From Glycera tridactyla (taxonomy: Eukaryota): a stretch of 64,000 nt of DNA. Of this stretch, positions 48,624-61,371 are shown piece by piece. The notes under the pieces were generated by a model. That model had not been told where the DNA came from. It made no database searches and saw only the letters and a list, made by a program, of their open reading frames with translations. The stretch spans positions 27,218,001-27,282,000 of the forward strand of contig OZ286477.1 in the NCBI GenBank assembly GCA_965644265.1, written 5' to 3'. The stretch's first letter is position 1, and the number at the start of each line of letters is the position of its first letter. The translations under genes and the position numbers were made by a program.

Positions 48624-51600
48624 CACAAACACACAAACAAGTACACACACACGCGCACGCAGGCAGCCTCGAAGATATGAAGGCAGGCAGGTAAACGGAC
48701 AGCCATCTAAGCAAACAAGCAGGCATATAGGCAAACGCGTAAACGGACAGAAAAACAGTCAGTCATAGACAGCGAGTCTGATACATATCCCGCCTCATGA
48801 TATTGATGCTCCCAAACATCCTGAAGCACCCCATCTCGTTGCTATGACACAAGCCTGCTTCCCAGGTGACCTAATTTCGTTCAAGAGAGGGCGAGAACGT
48901 CATTAAGCGCGTGACATTTAGTGCTACTCCGGAGGGACTTTCTTTGTGGTGGCATGTATAGGAGTTTGACATGTCAGGCATATTAATCATGGCTTAGATA
49001 ATCTAGCCTGATTATATGGCGCTCTCATTGTGTATTAGGGCCGCATTAGTTATATATGCGGACTAAGACGCCATTCAAATTGTGCTCGCGAGAAGCTAAA
49101 CTCTGAATATGTGATAAATTGTACAGCCAACAGTTAATGAGAAAACTAGTTAACTGTTACCTAAACTGGTGATAGCTGAGAAAACAAATTAATAGAAGAG
49201 AGACGCAGTAAAGTTTCAGGGCTGTACGTTAACGTTTTTTTTCTCCAGTTGATCTTCTGGCACGTAGAGTGGGATTTTCACCTGTCCTCCCGGTCATTTT
49301 CACATGCCCCCTTCATATAATACTAGGCTAAATAATGGCTAGGTACCTGCCCATCAGGCTGACAGACTCGTAAAATCACCTGTCCCATCACCGAATCCAC
49401 CGGCCTATGCCAGTAGGGCAACCCCTCGCGTAGAACCCTAAGTTTGGAAGCGTGTATCAAGCTTTGCATGTAGATTGCTGTGTGAGATATGGATGCTCCT
49501 GCACAAATCCCTAAGAACCCTAGACTTCGTGATAAAAAAGTGATCAACATTCGGTATGGCTCGTTGAACCATGCAACAGATTGAAAGCTGCCAGTCAGAA
49601 AAAATGCCATGTGTAACTACTCAATGGCAATGGCTGGAATGTCACCATGCATATAAGTGGAAAAATTCGAAATGTTCGGCAAACATAGGGAGCTAGACAG
49701 GCAAGCCAAGCAACAGTCACACAGACAGACAGAAAGAATCTGCCTTGAGAAAAAAAGAGAGAGACTATTGAGTTACATTTATACATATACATGCAAACTG
49801 AACGAATGGTTGGATGGCTGAATAACTGGATGAAGGGCTGACTGAATGGATAGCTGACTGACTCTTGTCAAAGAGCCTTTGCTCTTGTATAGCGAGAGAT
49901 AGACATTCACTTGTATTTGAAAAGCGTTTCCATCAAACAGCAATGGAGAAATTCCCTTCGAAAGTTGCAGGTCAGTTGGTAAAGGATGCAAAGAATGACA
50001 CAGGAATGTACCAATCAGAACATTTTCCTCCAGTTCAAATCTGGTCCATTCGCGAATCTAAGACAGCTGCTCTATTGTTTAGCTCTTGGAAGACTGATTG
50101 GTTGTTTTTCGCCCCTTCGCCACATGCGGGTTATATAGACTTCAACATGTCATTTAACGAAAAGAGAATGTTTTTTTAGAAAATATGATTCAGCTAATTC
50201 CCCATTGAACCATTGATGGCAATGGAGGCACAAGTCACCGCACTAATTCGATATGTCAAAAAAGCAGATATTGACCTGGATCGAAACAATCATCAGGTAG
50301 AATACACAATGCATGCCGCAATTATATTTTTGCTTTGCATTCCATCACATAGATGAGTAACCAGAACCTATACGCCATATAAAAGTTTTGCAAGTCATTA
50401 ATTTCGCGATCCTTTGACAGCGAGAAGCGTTGTATAGCCAGGCCATTGAGCAAGCATAATTAAGTTTGAAGCTGAAATGGCGAGGCTTCTGGGGGATGCG
50501 TTTGAAATGCCAACTAAGTCAGGCCTAAGCCCCGATGTTGCCTGCCTGTGCGCTGGGTCTAGGGCCCGGTGACATTTGCGTGTGAAGACCGGCGTAAAAC
50601 CCGTTAATCCACGCTAGGGGCTAAGTACGCTACGTTCTATCTATCGACCTGGCAAATAATCGCACCCCAGGGAGAGTAAGGGCTCTTGCCTCTGCCCTTG
50701 ATGTGCTGAAACTTCAATGGTACACCGCCTGTGCCCCGGTAAAATATTTCACCCTCTGTTCATGACTTCACTAATCCATCAGAGAGATCCCATCCTCCAT
50801 TACTGTAAGAGATGAACCAGGTCATTTACACAAAGGTTACAGTCAGAGACGCCAATCTGCGCTATTTTAGCGGAAATATCAAGTGCATGAAATAATGACA
50901 TCCATATTTCACCGAAGTTCGACCTTGATCCGTTACTGCCACCCTCGAAAAGCCACGCAAGTTCTCGAAATGAATGAAATACACATAGAAATTCCTGAGC
51001 CTATCCAAGAGTTCGAGGCTGCATTTCCAAAAATAAATGCATCAGATAACCGACCTTGGTTGATACTGTGCTACATGGAGTCACCTATGCATTTGGCTGA
51101 TGTGAGAGACGAGAGAGGGAGAGAGACGGAGGAGGGAGAAACTAAATGAACTTCCACGTGACTCCTAACATTTCCTTCAGCTAAAACCAGATGACTTTGA
51201 AGTAAACTTCAATATTCTTCGGGATGTAATATCCGTCTCCCCGAAATCAGAAGAAAAAACTGAAAGTCAACTTCCAAATACTGGCCGATGCCAATCATTA
51301 ATCCAGAATTTGTAAATTAGCAAATTATTATCAGGTCAAAGTTTTTATTTCACTGATCCATTTTCAATTGATTACGTAACTGACATCCATGGAAGATTTG
51401 TATCAATCATAGAAAAAAACACTGGTCACCATGGTGACATTCTCGGCAAATGTCTAGTGGAATATGTAGCTATAGCAGCCTTCCTTCCAAAAAGTAAACT
51501 CAACCTCTTCCATCGTTCTAATATATTCACAATTCCTCACTTACCCTCGATTATGCCGAGCTAAAAGGCGTAATATACATGGGGCGGTGATAAGATTGGG

Positions 51601-52031
51601 CTTTATTGCCCTCATAAACCAGGGTAAGATGCTTTCAAATTGCGTGATTAGGCTCTACCGCCTACATAAATACAACATTACCGCTCTGATCACACGCTTC
51701 TAGGCGCTCCCAATAATTTATTTGTATTAGCAAAGAGCTGCACCGAATAGAGCCCGAGTATACAACAAGAGCTAGACACTTTCAGAAAGTATTTGAAGTT
51801 TCCAGTTGGTGTGATTACGCAGCACATGCGCCTACATACAGGGTTGGTGCACCAGTCTAATGTATTGTATTATTACACCCGTAATATTATATTATGGCCT
51901 ATGGGTCAAGTGTTCTAAAATGTAACAATGGGGGTTTTATAACTCTGGTGTGAGACACCTGATTTCACTGTTTGAAATTAAACTACAAAGTTTGAGCATG
52001 GCCACGTGACCGCTTGTGTTTATCTGTGATC

Positions 52032-52532
52032 GGCCGATTTTTTTGGCATATTATGTAACGTACCAATGTGATCCAAGTCTGTTCCAGGCCAAAGTGGCCG
52101 ATTTTTTGAATATTATGTAACGTACCAATGTGATCCAAGTCTGTTCCAGGCCACAGTGGCCGATTTTTTGCATATTATGTAACGTACCAATGTGATCCAA
52201 GTCTGTTCCAGGCCACAGTGGCCGATTTTTTGCATATTATGTAACGTACCAATGTGATCCAAGTCTGTTCCAGGCCAAAGTGGCCGATTTTTTGCATATT
52301 ATGTTACGTACCCATGTGATCCAAGTCTGTTCCAGGCCACAGTGGCCGATTTTTTTGCATATTATGTGACGTACCCATGTGATCCAAGTCTGTTCCAGGC
52401 CACAGTGGCCGATTTTTTTGCATATTATGTGACGTACCAATGTGATCCAAGTCTGTTCCAGGCCACAGTGGCCGATTTTTTGCATATTATGTGACGTACC
52501 CATGTGATCCAAGTCTGTTCCAGGCCACAGTG
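52032..52532. repeat. 62/63-bp minisatellite, ~8 copies
   Basis: Unit GTGGCCGATTTTTTGCATATTATGTAACGTACCAATGTGATCCAAGTCTGTTCCAGGCCACA; GTGGCCGA at 52094, 52156 and onward. Confidence 0.95.
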
Positions 52533-54061
52533 AGTAGTGAACTTTTCAGAAAAATTCCCAAATTATTGGGGATGTCTCGGGTAAGATAGAAATACGAATC
52601 TGAAATTTGAGCATTAATGACTGGTGTTTCTTGATGTAGATGGACAAAGAATTCGACCATATATAAAAATCGGGTTTTTGACTGAGGGTACAAATAGGAT
52701 ATATTGAGACGCCCATTCAAAGGGAATGGCCAGAATCATCCAGGACTCCTGTATTCCTGGTGGAAGGAGAGCGGATTTATGAGATTAAGATACTCGAGGT
52801 GTCATCAAAGAGCGTGGCACTCTAGTCTCTTTGGTGTCATCCCCATCTTGTCTGGTCTCTTTATTAATTTTTCTTTCTTTCGAAAAAGAGTCACTTGCTA
52901 TATATTGGTACCATTCGTGGTGATTAGGAGCCACGATTCCCTCAAATCAACGTGAAAGTCGCGCTCGTGAACCCATTTTGAGGAATATCGTGAAGAAATG
53001 CCCGTTCTCTCAATTCAATTGAAACAAATGGCCTCTATTCTAAAAATCCTGGATTCAACCTTGCAATACCTACTACGCATATAACTTGTGAGATGCACTA
53101 TATTACATCACTATGGTGCATGACCAAGCATCAGAGTTGCAGTCTCCGTGTGCAGAGATATTCGGAACACTAGCTGTTGACAGTAGAACTTGGCCTGGAG
53201 TATGGCTTGATTGGATGGAGGTAGACACTGAGTAAGCTCCGTATTGTCTGACTTGTAGTGAATGTTATCTGCTACAGGCATGTGGTCACCAGAATCCGAC
53301 ATCTTATTCCCCGCCATTCCATTCTCAGCATCACAAGTCTGCTTGATTCTCAGCAAGGACAAATTTCTGACTCGATTCTCATGCCATATATGTTGATTGA
53401 TAGGTTTTCTGTAGAATCACATCTATCTGACTCTAAGTCTGACCAGGCTGGTGGGGTGTTTATATAATACCACAAGAATTCCGAAATGCATCACCATAGT
53501 TGGAAAAAACTGTATAGAAATACGGAAGAAACTTCCAGATCTGATGATTTAAGATGTGAATGAGTGTATTTTATGAAAATGTAATTCTTTTTTCTATATA
53601 TTACTCATGCATATGAGAATGATGCAATATAATCGTATCACCTACGTCATACATGGTCACCGAGAGCAACACATACAAAAAGAGACCAATCTTATCATAA
53701 ATCCAGTCTCAAAGAGTTCAAGAGGTTGAGACCTACTCACTCGATAGTTACATGGATGGATAGACGAATAAGTGACAGAATATATAGTTGAATTGATGAT
53801 TGATTGGATGAAAAGATAGATGGACAAATAATCCTACGGATAAACAGAGACAGACATGCAGACAACAGATAGTCAAACAGTCAAGCAGGTAGGGATGCGG
53901 ACATATAAGCAGACCGACAGACAGAGAGACATACCGACGAACGAACAGATTTTTCTCATCACCCAGACTATATGAAGACACCTTTGCATCGGCCAGGAGA
54001 AGACTTATTCGAGACTTCCTGCAGCTGCTGAGCAGGGGATGAAAATGTATGACATTCTCAA

Positions 54062-55133
54062 AGCATATCGAGGTGCATATCGAGATAACACTAACAGAGT
54101 GGATAAGAAGCTTCCTTGTAAGCAGAGCAATGAGCATATCGAGGTGCATATCGAGGTACCACTAGCAGAGTGGATAAGAAGCTTCCTTGTAAGCAGAGTA
54201 ATGAGCATATCCAGGTGCATATCGAGGTACCACTAGCAGAGTGGATAAGAAGCTTCCTCGTAAGCAGAGCAATGAGCATATCGAGGTGCATATCGAGGTA
54301 CCACTAGCAGAGTGGATAAGAAGCTTCCTTGTAAGCAGAGTAATGAGCATATCCAGGTGCATATCGAGGTACCACTAGCAGAGTGGATAAGAAGCTTCCT
54401 CGTAAGCAGAGCAATGAGCATATCGAGGTGCATATCGAGGTACCACTAACAGAGTGGATAAGAAGCTTCCTTGTAAGCAGAGCAATGAGCATATCGAGGT
54501 GCATATCGAGATAACACTAGCAGAGTAGATAAGAAGCTTCCTCGTAAGCAGAGCAATGAGCATATCGAGGTGCATATCGAGGTACCACTAGCAGAGTGGA
54601 TAAGAAGCTTCCTTGTAAGCAGAGTAATGAGCATATCCAGGTGCATATCGAGGTACCACTAGCAGAGTGGATAAGAAGCTTCCTCGTAAGCAGAGCAATG
54701 AGCATATCGAGGTGCATATTGAGGTACCACTAGCAGAGTAGATAAGAAGCTTCCTTGTAAGCAGAGCAATGAGCATATCGAGGTGCATATCGAGGTACCA
54801 CTAGCAGAGTAGATAAGAAGCTTCCTCGTAAGCAGAGCAATGAGCATATCGAGGTGCACATCGAGGTACCACTAGCAGAGTGGATAAGAAGCTTCCTTGT
54901 TAGCAGAGCAATGAGCATATCGAGGTGCATATCGAGGTACCACTAGCAGAGTAGATAAGAAGCTTCCTTGTAAGCAGAGCAATGAGCATATCGAGGTGCA
55001 TATCGAGGTACCACTAGCAGAGTAGATAAGAAGCTTCCTCGTAAGCAGAGCAATGAGCATATCGAGGTGCATATTGAGGTACCACTAGCAGAGTGGATAA
55101 GAAGCTTGCTTGTAAGCAGAGCAATGAGCATAT
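54062..55133. repeat. 71-bp tandem repeat, ~15 copies
   Basis: Unit ATGAGCATATCGAGGTGCATATCGAGGTACCACTAGCAGAGTGGATAAGAAGCTTCCTYGTAAGCAGAGYA; the ORF track repeats every 71 nt. Confidence 0.97.
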
Positions 55134-57596
55134 GTGAAACAACATCCATCACCAGCGATGACTAATTTGTTTTCATTACATAATGATTACAACGCATCTT
55201 ACAAACCATAGAGCGTACCTAGTTCCTACATCATTCAAGCCATTAATAACAATAGCTGTATGCTTATTAATATCCATCCGCCAGGCTTTTTATCATTATC
55301 ACACGAGTGGCCCTGTATTAATATCATTTGCGATCTCATTTATATTCTAACAGATTTTTCGCAGGACATTATCATGTACTAATTGCAATACTTAATCGCA
55401 TGAATTATTAATTGTCTAGTCAACACAACTCCGATTGATGAGCTATCCAGTGATCAGGGCTCTGTTCACAAGAAAAGAGACAGATATTGGGCCTTGTATC
55501 TGGGTTATTTCCGGGATAGTTACCCAAATTATTCAATGAAGAATGAGTATCTCCTACACTGTCATGACATCAGGTGTCATCTTTTCACTCTTTTTCCTGA
55601 GGTCCTGATCAGTTGTGAAAGTGTTTGCTGCGGAACCAAATTAGACTGTCACTGCATGAAATACATGGTGTCAGCACAGGTCCCAGTCCAAGTCCATATC
55701 ATGTCACTTTGAGAAGCAGCAGTCACTGGTCCATATCATCTTTTGGCGAATATCAACCACTGTTTCCTAGTCGATATCAGATTTACCATTGTTCGAACAG
55801 GTTGTACTTGCTCACAGTGATGAACGTGTTCCGATAATTATCTGAAATCAGATATCTGGCATCGATAGCCCACATTTTCAGATATTTTGATCATAATGGA
55901 AATTTGGATCGATTTCAGATATGTTCATTTATTCCTGTGTTCATGAATAGTGAATTTGATGAATCCTTGAATGCCCATCGGCAGAGACAAATGTTGGGAT
56001 TCACTGGATCACTTCTTCACTTTCCTAGCTTGCCTCCAGCAGGTGGGTCAGAATCACTTCGGCATTCCACATAGTGTGCACATGCACATAGTGTGCATTG
56101 ATAGTGTGCACACAGTGTGCATTGGTTCAATATCGTGATTCATTTGGTTGTATTCAATGAAATGTGTCACCATTTCTGATGATTAATCGCACCTGGTCCG
56201 ATGCTAGTATCAGCATCGTCGACCCCTAAACCATAAATATGTCCAAAGTTTCCCCTATGTTATCATAAAGAGCAATTGTACTGGGAATTCAGCGGGGGGG
56301 GGGGGGGGGGGGAATTGTGTAGTCTGTACCGGAATCATTCCATTGGCTATCCTTGCCATTCATTGGGGATTTGTCTCATTCCGGATTAACTGGGTGGATG
56401 CCTCAGTAGAAGTCCTGATACTTGAAGCTAGCATATGAACCTGGGCATCATAATATGCATGTATGTAGCAAAATCTCCCCCCCCCCCCCACCCCCCATCC
56501 CCGAATGATTGAGCGTGTCATCTCTGGGTTGTTCCCCAATGGATGTTGGCCAACCGATGAAGGTTTTGCACTTGTGGATAAGATTGAATCATTTAAGCCA
56601 TCTAAGACTAAGACAAACAGGAGTTAAGCATTCATGAAATTACACGGACATCCAGGGTACCATATTTGGAGGAGAGTTCAGGAATTAAGCTAACCTCCTG
56701 ACTTGGGTCACATTTACTCGCGCCTTAGTCTCCCACTCCAGAGATGCGGATATCCCATGTTTCACCATACCCATGCTATCATGTTTACATGATATTAAAC
56801 CTTTCAATTATTATGCAATTCGTCTCCATTACTGTCACTATTATCCTCTGTGCGTTATATGAAATAGGTCGGAGTGCCAGGAGTGGACGATAACCGGTTG
56901 AATATGGACAGAGTATGATTACTGGCCCTACTAACAACCCCTTTTGATCCACAAAGCAAAACTAGCATACATCCTGGTATGGAACTTAACCTACTGTTTA
57001 TGGTAAAAATGGATATCTGTGTGACTGTATACGGATTTTAGTGTGTTCCTTGTTGGGCTACCCACCTGCTTTCAAGGCACAGTGCATACGACTGTTTGGG
57101 CTAGTTGGCTAATGTCATGCAACAGGAAGTCAGATGATATTGAACGTACTTAATTTGAGCATGATTTCCCCATACTCTATTCTCTATTATTAGTTTCACC
57201 TGATAGGACATAACATCAAACCAAACACATTTACTGCGAGACCAATCCACCAATCCAGCCTATATGCTTGAGATATAGCACATATCACCTCGCAATAGAA
57301 GTAGTACTCAACAATCCTACAGATCAGACAGTATTCAATCCTAAACTAAGGTGATTGGTACATTACCCTGCACATTGTTACTATGGGCAATGCGAAATGA
57401 ACCTGAAACCGGCAGTCCGGATAGAAGTCACATCATATTGCGTAGGAGGACAGAGTGGTATTGTATACCAGAGTCATGCAATGGTGCTCTCAATCATGGA
57501 ATATGCAAAACCTGAGAGGCGAGAATACTGAGACAATCATGAGTGACTGGGAAGCAGTACCTAAGAATGTCATAGCTCAGAAAATCTTGTCATATT

Positions 57597-57814
57597 CAGA
57601 GCTTCAGATTTCTGGTTTGCCTGGGCCCGTGGCCCACATTCTTGCTTTTTTGGCCCATTGATATGACCTATTATCAGTCCACTGGCCCAGCTTGTTTGTT
57701 GATTTTAGCTATTGATAAATGATGGATGGCCCATCATTTTGAGTTATGGCCCATGCAATTTCTAATTCATGGGCCATATGGGCTCACTGACCTGTCAGAA
57801 AATCTGAAGCTCTG
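57597..57814. mobile_element. MITE family B (15-bp TIR CAGAGCTTCAGATTT, 6-bp TSD CATATT; hAT-like)
   Basis: CATATT-CAGAGCTTCAGATTT...AAATCTGAAGCTCTG-CATATT, with many internal TGGCCCA/TGGGCC repeats. Confidence 0.9.
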
Positions 57815-60043
57815 CATATTGCCCACTTGCAAGTACATCAAAGATAGAAAAAAACAATTCCAGTAACCAGCACAACCATCCTAACCAGTGTTATCAGGCA
57901 CAGTTCTGATCATCAATATGATTATTGTGAACACGTGTGAATGTATGGACAAGTTTGTGCAATACTCACTGGGAAGGATGGTGAGTCCATGAAAGGATAT
58001 ATTCCTTCATGGCGAGCCACATGCCATTTGCTCGATTCCTGATAAGCATGCACAACTATTATCAGTTGGTTCTGTGTCTATCATGCACCAGGAGCGGACC
58101 TTGATAAGAAAGACTCGGGGCCAAATGCATGTGGATGGCATGATATCACATTGATGTATACTGTGAATTAATGTAACAAATTAAATTACCATAATTACAA
58201 TGCTCTGTGTAGGACTCTACATGGGAGGCAATTTATAATCTGAACGAGATGGATGAGGCTGAATGATAATGAAATCGATCAGTGATGCGTCTCTTATTCT
58301 TGATGGATGCAAACACAATGCCTACTGCATAAGGAATACCATTGCCACCAAGGTACCTCCAGTGTGTCTGAATAAATCTAACGTGGACTGCTGGACCTGC
58401 TTGAGAAAATGACTCAGTTCTATCATGATTTTTTTTCCATGCTTCAACTCCATCATGACAGGGGCCCATGTATGCCCCCTTTGTGATACTTCATTTGTGT
58501 CGAGACCGAAATCTCATTCTGAAGATCCAATGCACTAGCAGGTAATGATCAATGGTTTGCCATTCCGGCACCATACCAGATGCCAACTGCTACGATTTTG
58601 GAGTAGCAGCTACTCTTTTTAGGCGCAAATCAGTATTGTCCTTATTATTCCCTTGCGAACACTGACACTACTACTCTTTGAAATTGGCACTGCTACTATA
58701 TTTGGCATTTATGGGTACTGTACTTTCAACCAATAAGTGTTGAAATACTACCAAAATGGGAGCTCTCTGATAGGATTCCCGATCAAACCTTTGTTGCGTA
58801 CCCATATTATTTGCATTGTTTCATATGAAATCTTATTCGAAAGTCTTGTAAACTTTTGTAATCTCCCCTTCCTCTCTGACCTGGTAATGAGTAATGATTA
58901 ATTTTGTACCGTTCTTCGCCATTTAACGCATATTATTACCTCAAGAAATAAACCATTTTTGCCATTCAAGCATTGTGAATACTGCCATCCTTACTCTTGA
59001 AAACTAAAATCATTACTAGTTTTGGATATTGAAGGTTGGCCTCCCTGTGATAGTTCCTAAGTCACGTTTTGCCCCCCCCCCCCCTCCTTCCACATACTTT
59101 TTCCTGATACTGTGGTCACCGGCAAGTTGTATTAGTGGAAATACAAGACCATGTCTGGTTGTGCTAGGCAAGACACAAATCAAACCGTACATATAATTTA
59201 TTCATAACTAATGCTGTCGACGCCTTGGGTTGTTCATACATCTTAGTTATGATAGCAATACCTGAAGAAGTAGACCTCGAGCCAGATGCTAACAGATATA
59301 CATTATATGAGGTGAAATAACATGTTTGCACCAGTCCTGCCATCAATACTACCGCCCGATAACCCTAAATCAACCAGAACACTATATGTATGGTCCAACT
59401 AGAGATGCAGCATCTGTTCAGTCCTCAATAGCTCACTTTGAACGACATAACACGAGATATTGTTAGGGCTGAATACGCAAAAGTATCGGGTTGGGTTATA
59501 CTAAAGGCACAGATGTTCTTCAAAAGGATATAGATATATGTGATATTCCCCACTCTGATCCCAGATGTACACAGGAAGTGATGAAATGTGAATGATTGAT
59601 GGGGGGTGACAATGGTCGATGTGATATTTCGGACCATTGTGATCTCTGATGATGGTAGATGGTGATCGATCGGACTAGTTGATTGGTTGATTGATTGATT
59701 GATATTTGGCGTCTCCTCAAAGCATGATCATCTGATCAAAAATAGATGGGTTGATCACGCAGGACTAAGGAATGTGGAATGTACCGAGATTGGGAATTGC
59801 CATTGCTCGGTGATGGTGAGATTGCAGTTTGTGGTGATGTTGGTGGTGGTGTCGGTAGTTGNNNNNNNNNNNNNNNNNNNNNNNNNNNNNNNNNNNNNNN
59901 NNNNNNNNNNNNNNNNNNNNNNNNNNNNNNNNNNNNNNNNNNNNNNNNNNNNNNNNNNNNNNNNNNNNNNNNNNNNNNNNNNNNNNNNNNNNNNNNNNNN
60001 NNNNNNNNNNNNNNNNNNNNNNNNNNNNNNNNNNNNNNNNNNN

Positions 60044-60200
60044 AACATGGTGAAGATGATCAACATGATGATCAGGATGATGATCAACATGATGATTAAG
60101 ATGATGATGATCAACATGATGATTAAGATGATGATGATCAACATGATGATTATGATGATGATGATCATGATGATTAAGATGATGATGATCATGATGATTT
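60044..60200. repeat. (GAT)n-derived low-complexity repeat
   Basis: GATGATCAACATGATGATTAA units next to an N-run. Confidence 0.9.
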
Positions 60201-60460
60201 GGTCATTGATTGAGGTACATCAGGGCTATTCTGAACATCCTTTGCGTCCTTTCCAAGAGCAGTTGCTGTTCACTAACCATCAAGGCACATAATTTTACCT
60301 ACGGAAATGCGTAGGTATGAGCATAGACTAACAAACGAACACTCCACACACTACCATGAAGTTTACAAAAGCTACTTTCCACCACTGCAGTCATCTGGGA
60401 ACACGATCGGCAAAATAACGTTAAACCATATCCATCACGATTAATTTTTTTCGCAATCGT

Positions 60461-60536
60461 TCACTAGGTGGCGGGTGTGTATTGCAATCAATCTATCAAC
60501 CGGTTACTGCCGTGTCAGGATCGCTGCCATGGCAAC
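60461..60536. promoter_or_regulatory. CTCF-like core and RFX X-box
   Basis: TCACTAGGTGGCG (60461-60473) and GCTGCCATGGCAAC (60523-60536) in a CpG-rich patch. Confidence 0.35.
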
Positions 60537-61357
60537 GACCGCTAGACGAGCGGGCCTACACTTCGGTAATGTTCGGCAGTAGTCGGCTATCTCCGCCGAG
60601 ATGAGAGATAACCGAGTGACTGTGTTGAGGAATGCTGCATCCCCTACCCGCCCTTCGGGTTCTCTTGAGAGCATAATCGAAGTACAGCAGATGTTCCTTA
60701 GAAAACCCCTTGTGGGTTTTTGCGAATATACGAGTACGTCTGAATATGAATGACATCTGCCATTTCATACATTTTCTACACGTCTTCAGTCAGGAATAAC
60801 GCCTTGAGTGTATGTGGAACTTGGTTATGTCCACTCTCCGTTTGGGCCTCAGTATGAGCGTCTCACTATAGCCCAGATGGTGTTTGTTATTTGTTGGTTG
60901 AATCATGTGAGCTATACTTACAGAGATGCTATCCATTACATGTTTGGTATAATGATTACTCTATTTGAGCAAACATTTTGGCATTTCACAAGTGGCATTA
61001 CACCCATAAATGCAAGGTCCTCTTATTTGCTCAATTATCAATATGTATTACAATCGCGGATATCATCACCTGAATCAGACCTTCCAAACCCAATTTCTCA
61101 CTTTCGATAGAAGTATCATGATTGATCAGACCACATATTGCTTCATCAATTGCAAGTTCTCAGAAAACACTCATTTTGAAACCCAATTCGTGTGAGAGCC
61201 ACAAATGTATTGGACAAAGATATTGAATAGCATCATTTATTTGTGATTTGGCGTGAGCTTGGGTAGGAGTATGTATAAAAGTGAGCCACTAACAGCAGGC
61301 CTGCTGGGCAAAGCTAACCATCTGACTAATGATACCCCGGGTTCACTGACACTGCCC

Positions 61358-61371
61358 GTTTCCATGGCAAC
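61358..61371. promoter_or_regulatory. Consensus RFX X-box
   Basis: GTTTCCATGGCAAC fits GTYNCC-AT-RGNAAC exactly, within the near-palindrome CCGTTTCCATGGCAACGG. Confidence 0.4.

Noticed and set aside
54005-55152. Family of MHLDML... 66-aa ORFs
   Set aside because: Artefact of the 71-bp tandem repeat; the frame shifts with every unit.
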